From positions 5,332,001-5,396,000 of the forward strand of contig CDRNST010000020.1 in NCBI GenBank assembly GCA_977016875.1: a DNA stretch of 64,000 bases. Reading direction: 5' to 3'. The position numbers and the translations under genes are program-made. Below, piece after piece: positions 1 to 11,344 of the stretch; the first letter of the stretch is position 1; each line of letters starts with the position of its first letter. Origin of the DNA: Pavona decussata. Lineage: Eukaryota. The notes beneath the pieces were generated by a model. The model was not told the DNA's origin. It worked only from the letters and a program-made list of their open reading frames with translations, and made no database searches.

Positions 1-851
1 GGAAAACATATGCAAATCGAGGAGGAAATTACGCGGAAGTTATCACTTGCCCGTCAAAGCGCAAAGAATTGATGGAAATTCTGTTATATAAACAAGTATT
101 GCTATCTGAGAGACTAATAAAGCGAAATTATCCGTCCAATAATAATAAAAAAGCTATTCTGGGGCGGGAGGGCTAAGGGTCATGAAATCGGGTCGGATGA
201 ACTAGCGCGGATGGTTCCGAGGTAAAAAAAAAATCAATCATTTTAATTCCAAACGCTTCTAAAGAAGCTTTCAAAATGCACCATGGAGCAAACAAACAAT
301 GTCAGTAAAAGTAGATATTTTGAGGCATGATAGAAATTAACCATAAAATGTATAAAGTTTATTTTTAGAATATAAAGAAATGACAGAGGCTATTACGGGC
401 CATCGACTATTCCATTTTAAATGGTCCGTCCCTTGGCTATGCTACGCGATATTAATTCCAAAACGTAACAAGATACAACAAAATAAATCAGAGTTTAAAA
501 TAATCTTAGAAAAGTATAGTACTCACTTGGGAATTAGATTTCCCGCATCGCAAATTTCTAATTATATACATTTTAGAATTGTTTACTCACTGACCAGTAT
601 GTCGTGTTCCGTGTTCCAAGTTTGCGCAGTTCTCACTAGAGTAAAACCCTCCGTCTTGTTTAAACATGTCATAAAAAAGACTAACTTATTTGTTCATTAG
701 AGCTATTTGTAGATAGGGAGTAAATAATCCTCACATAAACACAGAAAACGAAGAAGCCACTTCATCTTGTTTATTTTGGTGTTGTGTTACCTGTCACATT
801 TTTCAAGTCACGTGTTGCTGTACACGGTATTGTAAAAATGAATTATAACAT

Positions 852-1236
852 GTTCTTTAGTTATTTCCTTTAGGGTAGTCGCCAGCAAAACATCGCAAAA
901 TCGTCACTAAATAAAGGAGGACTGTGCAATCAGAACTAAAAGAATCTCCTAGTGCACCTTCGCCATCTCCGTTTATATCTAAATAAGCAAAATATTACTT
1001 CTCTCCAGAAATGAATAGGGATGCCAATCGCGCCCATGTCGGAGTTCTTTAGTTATTTCCTTTAGGGTAGTCGCCAGCAAAACATCGCAAAATCGTCACT
1101 AAATAAAGGAGGACTGTGCAATCAGAACTAAAAGAATCTCCTAGTGCACCTTCGCCATCTCCGTTTATATCTAAATAAGCAAAATATCACTTCTCTCCAG
1201 AAATGAATATGGATGCCAATCACACCTGTGTCGGAG
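852..1236. repeat. ~192-bp tandem duplication inside Sola3 (also at ~42666-43050)
   Basis: gttctttagttatttcctttagggtagtcgccagc... occurs at 852 and again at ~1044, near-identical. Confidence 0.9.
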
Positions 1237-1468
1237 CCCTCAAGCCCCTTTCCAGGGTTATTCTTCTTCTCATCCCTGGAGTTAAAGAGACAGAAAGGGA
1301 AGTAAGAGGAAGAGACTCCAAGAGTCATGAGAGCTTTGGCGGTACTTTTCAATGACTTTAAGACCATTGATCCGAAAACAAATGAGAAATGCTTGTACCT
1401 CTTCCAGTGTTTTGTAAATTTCTGCCACGCGCTGCGCAATTTTTATAGGGAAATATCCCCCGGCTCTA

Positions 1469-1675
1469 GGGACAGACCATTAGAAAGGTTCTGGGGTGGG
1501 GACGAAGTACAAAAAAATAAATATTTTTGTGCAAGGGAAAATCTTATGAAAAAAACTCATGCACGCCGAGTAGCCTTAAAAATACTCTCGCATTGGCCTA
1601 AAGGGAAATGTTAACGAAAAAATTCATGCCGCTCTAAAATTCCCCACCCCCATAACTTTCGTAATGGTCCGTCCC
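1469..1675. mobile_element. MITE with GGGAC..GTCCC TIRs (Harbinger-like ends) nested in Sola3 (also 43283-43489)
   Basis: gggacagaccattagaaag ... ctttcgtaatggtccgtccc inverted ends; flanks cta/tta resemble a 3-bp TWA target. Confidence 0.65.
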
Positions 1676-4295
1676 TTACAACTGAAGTATTTGAGATTTT
1701 GGTAGGCTCAATTACCAGCAGCTGTTTAGGAAATGAGCCTGCGCTCCTCCCCTGAAAGTCTCTTCTCGGGATCGAACCAGAGAGAGCGGCGAAAACCTCC
1801 ACTTATTTTTCTTTACTTACATAAAATATTACTTAAAGAAATGATCGACAGATTGGTGGAAGTAAAAAAGGAGGTCTCCTTCTCGATGTTAAGGGACAGG
1901 ACTTGCTAGAGTCACCTCTTCAGTAGTCGATTTCTTGGCTTTGGCAACTACAATCACTGATGGCTTCTTTAAGCAACTTCAGGTATGGAGCTTTACGGCG
2001 AATTGGTGGATTAGGGATGTCGAGATTGAGGCCTTGGCAAATCACCTGCAGCAACGAAACCTTCAAGCTCTTCAATGTGTCTTCTTCTGCCATGGCACAG
2101 ATGTTGTATTGGTCAAACAGTATTGGATGCTGGAGGGTGACAGTAGCCATCGCTTTGTCTCTGGCCGCAGAAAAGTTTATTTCTTCTTCAATAGCTATAA
2201 TGTCGACTTCATGGGTCTGCTGGCGAGTTGTCGCAGAAAGACGGGAGAAATATGAAGATATCTACTGAGAGGTCAGAAACTCAGTTGATTTAAAAAGCCA
2301 CTCGCCATTCGAACTATGGGCACGTCTCATATCACGTGCTACAAGACTTGCGTCGACTTTCCGTCCACTGGACTGACCAATGGTGAATTTAGCAGTGAGA
2401 TAGGCCTTCTGCTTTTCACTAAAACGATATCCCTTCTTAGCTGGTCGTAACGCCCATCCCTCTGCTAAACGTTCCCTGGATTGTTTGCTTGCAACACTGC
2501 TGGTTCTTAAGGTTGGCACAACACCGACGCCCTCTTCTAAAACCTGCTGATAGCCAAGCTTGGCAAGGTCCATAAGAGTGTGTTTTTCCAGGGACCGTAT
2601 GCATTTCTCAGAGGATAGATGTTTCGTCAATGCCGAATGTCTCTGGAAAACCCTTGTACATCCACTCTCTGGGCAAGTGTATACACCATGCTTGGTCTGA
2701 CTCTCCTGAATGTCACTGGAACTCTCTTCTGTTTTGGGAGACTCGTCGTCATCAACATGCTTTTTGTCTTTATGGCCGAGAGACTTGAATTTCCCCGGAG
2801 AAAATGTAGATTCTAACCACCTGTTTTCGGATTCTGTAAATAGGGAAATTAAAAGTGTCAAAACGATGGGTAAACGAATAAATTCAGTGTATTGTGTTCT
2901 AGTTTTAAAAGAGCTTTGTATATTGCTATACTTGGTATTATTTTTCCATTGCTCTTATTAGTTTTGAGTTGATCTTACCGATTACGTAGTGGGCGTGGTA
3001 GGCTCGCGCTTCGCGCGCGAGAATTCGCGCATTCACACACACAAATAAAAACGACTGTTTTGCAGTCTAAGGTTTTCTTAGCCATCCTTAATTTTTCTTA
3101 AAGAACATTTTAAAATAGTCCAGGGTCCCAAATGCAAACAACAACAACAAAAACTTCAAGACTGAATGTTACCTGTTGTCAAGGTATCGGCTTTGATTCC
3201 TTTTCCTCTGCCAATGTCATATGCCCTCCATGCTTTGATACCACCTTCTGTAAACTCAAAGTTGTTGAGTTTACTGACATTTTGGATCTTCGCTGTTTCG
3301 CTGATTGGTAATGCCGTTGTGATTGCATCCAGACACGCTACGCGAACACCATCAATTCCTCCATGTGAGACAAGAGCGTCTTTTAATTGAGTGGCATTCG
3401 TGACATCATGGCCTTCATTGATGAAACTGCGCATGTGAGCCTTACATGTGGCTGCAAGACGATCTGCAGCTCCCTTGCCGCCCTGTGGATCACTGAAATC
3501 AATGCGTCTGATTTGGACTCCAGTAGAATTCGAAACTACAGGGCACGCAAGGATCGTTGCGGACGAATGATAGCATCCAGCGTTGTCCTGCCGAAAATAG
3601 GCCTTCGTTACGTTTGGATACTCGGCTTTGACAGAGCGAAGCACATCCTGCATAATTGATATCACGGAGGTACTGTCCTGACTACATGACTGGATGACGT
3701 GAATATATCCTTGCCACTGTAACTGACTGTCAGATCTTCTATAGACCACGGAAATGTGCCAGGATATGCCACGCTTCCCGAACCAGTCAGACTGCGATTC
3801 TCGGTACCTCTGCGGTAGAAACTTCATTGCCCAGTCGTTGACAATGAGTAATGTCTCATTGTCAAGAAGGTCAAGACAATCCAGTCGCGCTTGGTCTTGG
3901 TTAAAGGATCGTAATATGTGGCCCTGCCATGAACGGATGGCAAGCTTCGATGACTGCATGATGTAAATCGCTTCATCACGCTCCGCGTCATCAGATGAAA
4001 AATGGCAACGGTTTATACGATTTTCAATTTCCCTTAAAGTTTCGTTTAGCGCTTCACACTGCTCACAGGTACCTTCGTGATTGTGTTGACACTTCTCCCG
4101 GTAGTCTGGATCGGTAGCATCGCTCAATGAAAACGCTACACAGTGATCTGGCATGCTAGCTTCTTTCTCTAAATGTACCTGCAAAGAAGTCGATCATTGT
4201 ATAAGCAATAAGCCTCATTTAATCAACTTATTTCGGCGATCGGCTACACACAACGACAGTGAAAGTCAAAAATTTGTCATCCCAGTTAATATTTT

Positions 4296-5044
4296 TTGCG
4301 CTTCTATGTACTTGCTACCCAAGTTATACGCCTTTCACACAAATGTTTTCCCACATGGGATCAAGATATAGCAATACTCACGCTTACGTCACCTATTGAT
4401 ATTAATGTGCCAACACGAAGTGCATTACCCTGGGTCCAGACGTTTTTTTTTTCGCGTGCTGCGGCCGGCGGGAATCTTCGGCTGAAGCCGCGAGAAAAAC
4501 GCGGCTCACTATAAAGACTTGACAAAAACCGAAAACTGGGCAATAAAAGTCTCTGGAACCCAGAGAAGAGGCGCATTGGTTCTCGTAACAAAAGATTCTT
4601 TTTTTTTTTTTTCACTCGTTGCAAATTTGAATTACAACAAGAGCCATAATGGCTCTTGATTACAAAAACAATGCGCTTCTATGTACTTGCTACCCAAGTT
4701 ATACGCCTTTCACACAAATGTTTTCGTACATGGGATCAAGATATAGCGATACTCACGCTTACGTCACCTATTGATATTAATGTGCCAACACGAAGTGCAT
4801 TACCCTGGGTCCAGACGTTTTTTTTCGCGTGCTGCGGCCGGCGGGAATCTTCGGCCGAAGCCGCGAGAAAAACACGGCTCACTATAAAGACTTGACAAAA
4901 ACCGAAATACGGGCAATAAAAGTCTCTGGAACCCAGAGAAGAGGCGCATTGGTTCTTGTAACAAAAGATTCTTTTTTTTTTTTCACTCGTTGCAAATTTG
5001 AATTACAACAAGAGCCATAATGGCTCTTGATTACAAAAACAATG
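4296..5044. repeat. ~375-bp tandem duplication in a Sola3 intron, each unit containing a small TIR element (ccctgggtccaga...tctggaacccagag); also ~46110-46858
   Basis: tgcgcttctatgtacttgctacc... repeats at ~4297 and ~4672; both units end ...ttgattacaaaaacaatg. Confidence 0.9.
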
Positions 5045-7440
5045 GTGGTAAACAGTGATGTCTTCTAGTATCCTATAGGATACTAACGATCAGGCGGGAA
5101 CTGAGGTGAAATGTACCCATGTTTATTAATGCATTAACCATCAAATTTTTGGTTTGCTAAAACATACCTTGTAGTCAAGCTTAGCAGCTTTGAGCGACTC
5201 GATCATTCGTGTTTCCCAATCCATGTCACTTTCCACTTCGTTTATTTTACGCACCAGTGATATCAGGTCATCAAATGCTCGTGTACCCTCCGCGGCATAG
5301 TAATCGAGTCCCTGAAGAGACTTTCTTACTGACGCACTGCATTCAGACAAAATGCGTAACACCGTGCTTTCACTAAAAGGCTGAAAGCCAGTCTCTTCAC
5401 AGTACTGAGTATATTGACGCACGATTCGCTGAGGTATCATGGTTCTTATCACGTTGGGAACTTTAATGACTTCACCCGTCGAAAGAGTCAAATGTTTCTG
5501 TCCGAACGGAAGATCTTGCACTAGCTGTGGGCTTGTAATAAAGCACAGAAAATGATCTAACCGTTTTAGATCTACTTTTATTCTTGTTGACACCTGAAGA
5601 GGTACAGGTGCTCCTCGACCAAACTGAAGGCGGTGCAAATTTGCCATAGTGTACCGGTACGTTGTTAGCCCTGGAATGAAAGTGGCTAACATTTTATAAC
5701 CAGCAACACCAGTCATTTCAGAAAGGATTTGGCGGCGGGTATCCCAGCTATCGGCGTTATTGTACGCTTCTGTCAAGGCTTCTAGGTAACGCTGATCTGC
5801 TTGTGAGATTTCTTCAATACCAAGCAACTTGTTCATGGCAGCTGTTGACGTCATGGCTCTCCAAATAAGGCCAGCATTTTGGGGGGAAATGGTTTTTAGC
5901 ACTGCAGCTACGATGTCGCTTGATCTTCTTGTATACCTTTGTTTAGTGGATTCACTGCAACTGCTAAAGTCCAACCATTTTCTTTGAAGCGGCGGGATAT
6001 TCCAAGCCACCAAGAACTCATTCAGAAGGCTACGCTGCATTTCTGCGGCTGTTGCTTGAGAGGGAAGAATTTCATCGCTTTGAGTAGACGTTGTGCTCCT
6101 GGTTTCAGGGCTTAAAAGGGTCTCATCGGCAATTTCTAGCTTGCTTAATGCACCAAGGACAGCACTAGATACATCACTGTCTGCAGATATTGATTCCTCG
6201 GTTTCCTACACATTTGAAATAAATAACAAATTAGAAAATCCTTATGATACCCATTACAGTTTAATCCGGGTTGCTGCATTTTTCACAAAAGCGCGCTGTA
6301 TTGTCCGATTTTGTACGGATAAGAGGATATGCGGTTGGGTACGCCACTTCTCTAAATAAACAGCTACCTTAATTTGATTTTTTTTAAAATCAGCTGAACA
6401 AAAGCAGTGAAGGCGCAAGTAAACAATTTGCTCGTCCGATGGTAGTTTATTCACAGTTTTTTGCTTCGTTAAGTTTGATTGGGTTGAAGTTCAGCCTTTC
6501 AGCCTCGGCGGATCTCGCGCTACTCGATCTGCCTAAATTTATTTCTTTTGGTGCTTCATGTTACAGAAACTGAGTTATGCTTAGTGGCAACCTCGACCCC
6601 AGCAATTCTCGATTGCCTTCTCTTTTTATGGCCTCTTCCCTGTGATATTGACATCATTTTTCAGATACCACAATCGCCGTCAACGTTTGCTGTTTATAAA
6701 GAATTATCCGGGGCTTTTGAACCAATCATTAACGGAGAAATATTTTGAGTACTAAATAACTTATTTTATGGGCTTATGAACATACCAGCCTTGTATGACC
6801 AGTTTCCATGAGTCCTTCTAAATTCTTTTCTTCATCCCTACTTTCCATAGATCCTTCTAACTTCTCCTCTTCCACTTTAGCTTCCCTAGGTCCTTCTAAT
6901 CCCTTCTCTATAGCTCCAGCACCCGTTACATGTGTTTCCTCTTCCCTCGTCAAATGTGCAGAACAAGTGAAGCAAATAGCAAATGCAAAATAATAGTATG
7001 TTAGTGTAACAATTGTATACCTCTTCATCCACGAGAAAAAAAGTGAAGTAGTCTTACTTTTTCTAGTCCTCAACATTGAGGTAGTTTTGTTAAACTCCTA
7101 ACAGTTGAAATATTTGCAAAACACATTGCAGCTTATCCCAAAAAAAGGGGGAGGGGGAGGGGGGGAAGGAGCAAGTGTTCCTGTCCAGTTTTTGGCAATT
7201 CGAAGCATATCATGGTTAAGACCGGTTAAGCTCATGAGAGAACGGGGATAACTAATGTCTACACACATTTTCGCCATTTTTTTTGCAACTTTATTTGACA
7301 GCTTCTGTCGCCATCTCTTGTTTGTGTCTTACTTCTCTGGGCCCCTCGGTAATAACACAAAAAAGTTCGCGAAAAAAAGTCGCGAACACTGGCAAAAACC
7401 AGATCTCTCAAGGACAGAGTGAGATCTGGGTACGAGATTA

Positions 7441-7798
7441 GGGACCATACGGGTGTGCGCCGCTGAACAGCGTATAGTTTTTGCTTTTGAGTCTTAAACA
7501 GGGTGTCTCTTTAAAAGAGTGTCAAGGTTAGTGATGGAGGGTCTACATTTGTGGTTACCAACAATTTTTTTTTTTTGGAAAAATCCTAATTCCATTATGT
7601 TAGTTTGAAAAATTACTCAATTTTTTATGCAAAGTGAAACAAATAATCAGGGCCATAAATTTAGGTCAAATGTCTTAAACTGGATAGCGAAAAGACAAAT
7701 TTTGTCTTAAACTTAACTAAGTCAGGGTTTGAAGGCCTCGGCGGGTGGCGGCACACTCCTACCCAAACTTCCCTTGAGTGCCCTCCCCCCACCCCGGG
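7441..7798. mobile_element. Non-autonomous element/MITE in a Sola3 intron (also ~49255-49612)
   Basis: Internal gtcttaaac repeats, end ...cccttgagtgccctccccccaccccggg; resembles the fragment at 20341-20480. Confidence 0.45.
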
Positions 7799-9309
7799 TT
7801 CCATCACTTCAGTAAAAAAAATTCCTTACAGGGCTCCTATGGATTACGTCTGGAACCACTATTGCCGGTTACCTGTTGTCAAAAGAATGCACGATATCGA
7901 GCTAAGGAATTGTGAAGAGATATATTTTTAGGTGATCTTTCCTTAGATGAAGGCAAAATTTCTGTAGGCCTCCTGGTTTTGAATATTTCGAAATTGGTAA
8001 CGTCACGTGACAACCAAGAATTTGTTACTACCAGGGCCGTTCTATCAATCTCTCATGAGAACTTCAGTAAAAATTACAAGACATTACGTAAAAATCACTT
8101 ACGCGATCCAACAGCAATTAGCTGGCCTGTTTCCTTCAAAATAAGTGAAGATAGTTGACTGTTTATTCTGCGTGTTCCTTTCACTGTTGCTGACTTATGT
8201 GCGATCATTGGGCTTGGAACCGAACACCTAGTTTTCCCTGTTCTCCATCTTATACCATATTCCGCCCGATGACGGGGACATATAGTTATGAGTTCATGAG
8301 ACACATCAGGTGAAAAAATTCCTGATTAAAAGAAGAGAACTTTCGTAATAGTACTCTCACGCAATAATCACGCAACAAAATTAAAAACAAAGTAAAAATT
8401 AAACCAAATGTCGTTTACCTGCACGAGCTAGTAGCAGTTTCATTTCACTTTCCAATGATGGATCTTCACTAAGGCCATACATTTCCAGATGTCTCGTGAT
8501 GTCTCGTTCACATTTAAGAAGAGGTATACATTCGTATTGACCAGGATATTCCTGGCTAACATCGCATTTAAAATTTCCATCAACCAGAGTCGAAAAACTG
8601 CACAACATTTTTTCTTTCCACACACAGCGTTATAAACGCTGTAGATTATACCATGTGTCGCTTATGCAATGTAGTTTGTTTGGATTTCGAAATACTGTAC
8701 AGAATTAGGTGATTACGTGTACACGAGGAATGTTGCGTGAGGGGCTGTGCACAGGGTAATTTATTCAAATCACTGACCATACATGTAACTTGACACCAAA
8801 TTAAAGAACCAACATTTGGCGCCGAAACCTTTGTACGGACGTATGTTACAATTTCAGTTACTCGCTAGTTTTTAAGTCATTTCATTCAGGTAAGCTACAA
8901 AGCCTTACATCACGAGAAAGATGATGAACACTTGCTAAGACTGTGACTGGGTGGAGGGTATTAGTTTCTAAAAAATCCTGGACGAACATCGAAAACCAAT
9001 TCTTTCGTAAGAGTATCTCAAAGCTTGGAGGCGATGGACGTCCGTAGAAGGCCCTGCCTGGAAGGTGTGTTCATCATTATTGTAAATGTTTGCTTTGATA
9101 TACTTGCATCTTGTGCTTTTTGGCTTTGAGCACAAACAATTATTGTTTATTTTATTTGGGATACAATTAATACGGTCCGTTTTGTTTCATAGTTCATTTT
9201 TATCTAAGTAAATTTATTATCTGTTGGCGAAGCTAATAAAATAAAAAAATAAACATAGTTTGCCGATGGGGTTTTGAAGTTGAAATGATTGATAGACCGA
9301 ACGCCTGTT

Positions 9310-10141
9310 ACTTCAGAACCGGGGATTCACCCGACCAGATTTCGTGACCGTGCAAAGCCAATCGCTGTTCTTTTTAATACTTTGTTTTAGTATTTTTCCT
9401 TGTTTTAGATTATTCGACGAACAATTTCGCTTTATTAGCTTCCCAGATAGCAATACTTGCTTAGATAACAGAATTTTCATCAATTCCTTGCGCTTTGACG
9501 GGCTAGTTATAACTTCTGTGTGATTTTCTCCTCGATTTGCATATATTTTCCTTTGTTTACATTCCACGTTCTTGTCGCGCACGGCGACTTGGGGGGCTCA
9601 AGTTAAAATTTTATTACTCGCAAACGTTTTAATTTGCAGAGCTAAAACTTCGGGTGTAATTAATAAAATAACAGTTCTTTCGTTTAGTATAATACGTTTT
9701 TCAATTTGTGACATACCAGGGTCGACTTTTGGCGGTTGAAGTTGGGCGTTATTTTGACTGCCAAAACAACACTCAATCGGGGTGCACACAATAAAAGCCA
9801 GAAACTATATTACAATAGTTATTTTGCAAAACCTTTTTATGAAGTCTTAAAGCCCTTGATGTCTTCTAAATACATGAGTAATATCAAGTCAATAGGAACT
9901 TTTGCGCTCTTGTACTGTTTCGATGAAAATTGTTAAAATTTGCACCCATTTCCCGAATAAAAAAAATGTATTTTTAGCGAATTTTCGAACTTTTCTAAAA
10001 TTCTCAAAATGTAAAGCGCTTGGGGATTTCTTAATATCATTTCTTGAAATAGTTCACCCACAGGGATGTTTGGGTGGTATCAGCAAAAATTCGAATTTTT
10101 AGAACTGATTTGAGATTCTCGATATTTTCCGACATTGGCTC
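9310..10141. repeat. Sola3 right TIR, copy 1
   Basis: Reverse complement of 41226-~42040; its inner part is also the reverse complement of window positions 1-~225. Confidence 0.92.
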
Positions 10142-10530
10142 TTAAATACTTGTCATTATAATTACATCGAAGCAGGAAATTTAGACCTCCATGTTTGTTA
10201 AAAATGTAGTCTGGTATTTTTTTCCAATTGCAGTTATCTCTAAAAAGAAGTCTTTTGATCCATGCAAGTCTGAGCGATTTACTGGTAAGTTTCATGTCAA
10301 CCATCTGTAAACCTCCTGTGGAAAGATTTTGGTACATACTAGTACGTTTTATTTTGTCCTTCTTATTTTTCCAAAGGAAACGAAACATCTTCTCTTTTAC
10401 CATAGGCACTATATCCTTAGGGACATTAACATTTGAAATTGAATATATTAAGTTAGACGGCCCCAAAGATTTAATGATTAGTTCCTTTCCATAGAATGTT
10501 AATCCTCTCGATTTCCAAAAGCATTAAGAC
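10142..10530 (-). mobile_element. L1/Tx1-type LINE ORF2 fragment (5'-truncated end), copy 1
   Basis: WKSRGLTFYGKELIIKSL..FLWKNKKDKIKR..GGLQMVD..LRLAWIKRL motifs, typical of the region after the RT domain in L1/Tx1 ORF2. Confidence 0.85.
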
Positions 10531-10678
10531 TTATATTATTTGGAGAATACAACTCAGATTACCTGTTTGATATTTGAAATTCAAAATTAGAAAGAAGGCC
10601 GAATAAATCAGATGAAAATGTTCATATAAGCTTATATAATGTTCATACAGCCACAAGGTAACATGTATGATTTAAGAG

Positions 10679-11168
10679 TGTGGCAGGCCAAAGCCGCCGT
10701 CGCCACAAACACAAAAATAAAATGCCACAGCTTGAATGCACTTTCAAAGTTTAATGAAGATGAAAAAGGGGAAATACGAAGATAACGTATAACCCAAAAC
10801 AAGTGTGCTAGTGAGTGATTCGACTGAAATAAAATAAAACGGGAATTATTAATTACAAACTGAAAAAAGCAACAAGAACTACGCAAAATAAACAAACCGA
10901 AATATACAAGCAAACAACTAAGAAAAATACTTACAAAACTGTGGCCATAAAAAACTTGAAAATAAAAATGAAATGCAAAGAACGCTTCCCAGCTGAGAAA
11001 TATGCCCGCTCGCAGAACACAACGCAATACAAACTTGAGACGGAAAGGAAAATAACCTAGCTGGAAAACATTAGCTTATATACTGACGCAGTATGTAAAT
11101 GTTTATGTAACACACTGAAATAATTCCGAGCAAACTCCTTAGGGATAAATTGAATTCTAGGCGCAACA
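10679..11168 (-). repeat. BEL-A 3' LTR, copy 1
   Basis: tgtggcagg...gcgcaaca; ~97% identical to 59645-60134. Confidence 0.95.
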
Positions 11169-11344
11169 TTCCGGCCCCTGAACTTAAAGCGTTAAGTTCA
11201 CTTAAACTGTTAAGCGTCTAAAAAAGTAACGGAAAATAAATAAACAAATAAATGTTCTGTTTTAAGGACATTTGAAAGTTCAAGTTCACAAAAAGTGATC
11301 GGTGTTTCCTTGAAAAGTCCTCCTTTAATGACAGTTCTCATTTA

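Larger units (their letters stand above)
1920..8608 (-). pseudogene. Sola3 transposase, ~6 exons (8608-8419, 8321-8103, ~6980-6790, 6205-5168, 4178-3173, 2833-1920), premature stop at 2262-2264
   Basis: GT-AG junctions join the ORF pieces in frame (exon 3 acceptor is non-canonical); motifs DWAMKFLP..WFGKRGISWH, RQDNAGCYH, GKGAADR (DDD triad), C2H2 finger CPESGCTRVF..H..SEKC, GWAL; in-frame TAG in the last exon. Confidence 0.85.
1..10141 (-). mobile_element. Sola3 DNA transposon, copy 1 (left end outside window)
   Basis: Ends ...ccgacattggCTC at 10141 followed by TTAA; long TIR; spliced DDD transposase; matches the complete copy at 41226-51955. Confidence 0.88.

Noticed and set aside
9313-10102. 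Several small ORFs repeated on both strands (also 41430-41990, 51127-51916)
   Set aside because: They lie within the Sola3 TIRs; their recurrence reflects the inverted repeat, not conserved genes.
1-10141. Two Sola3 and two BEL-A copies as evidence of recent transposition
   Set aside because: Flanking DNA and inactivating lesions are shared, so they were copied by the segmental duplication.
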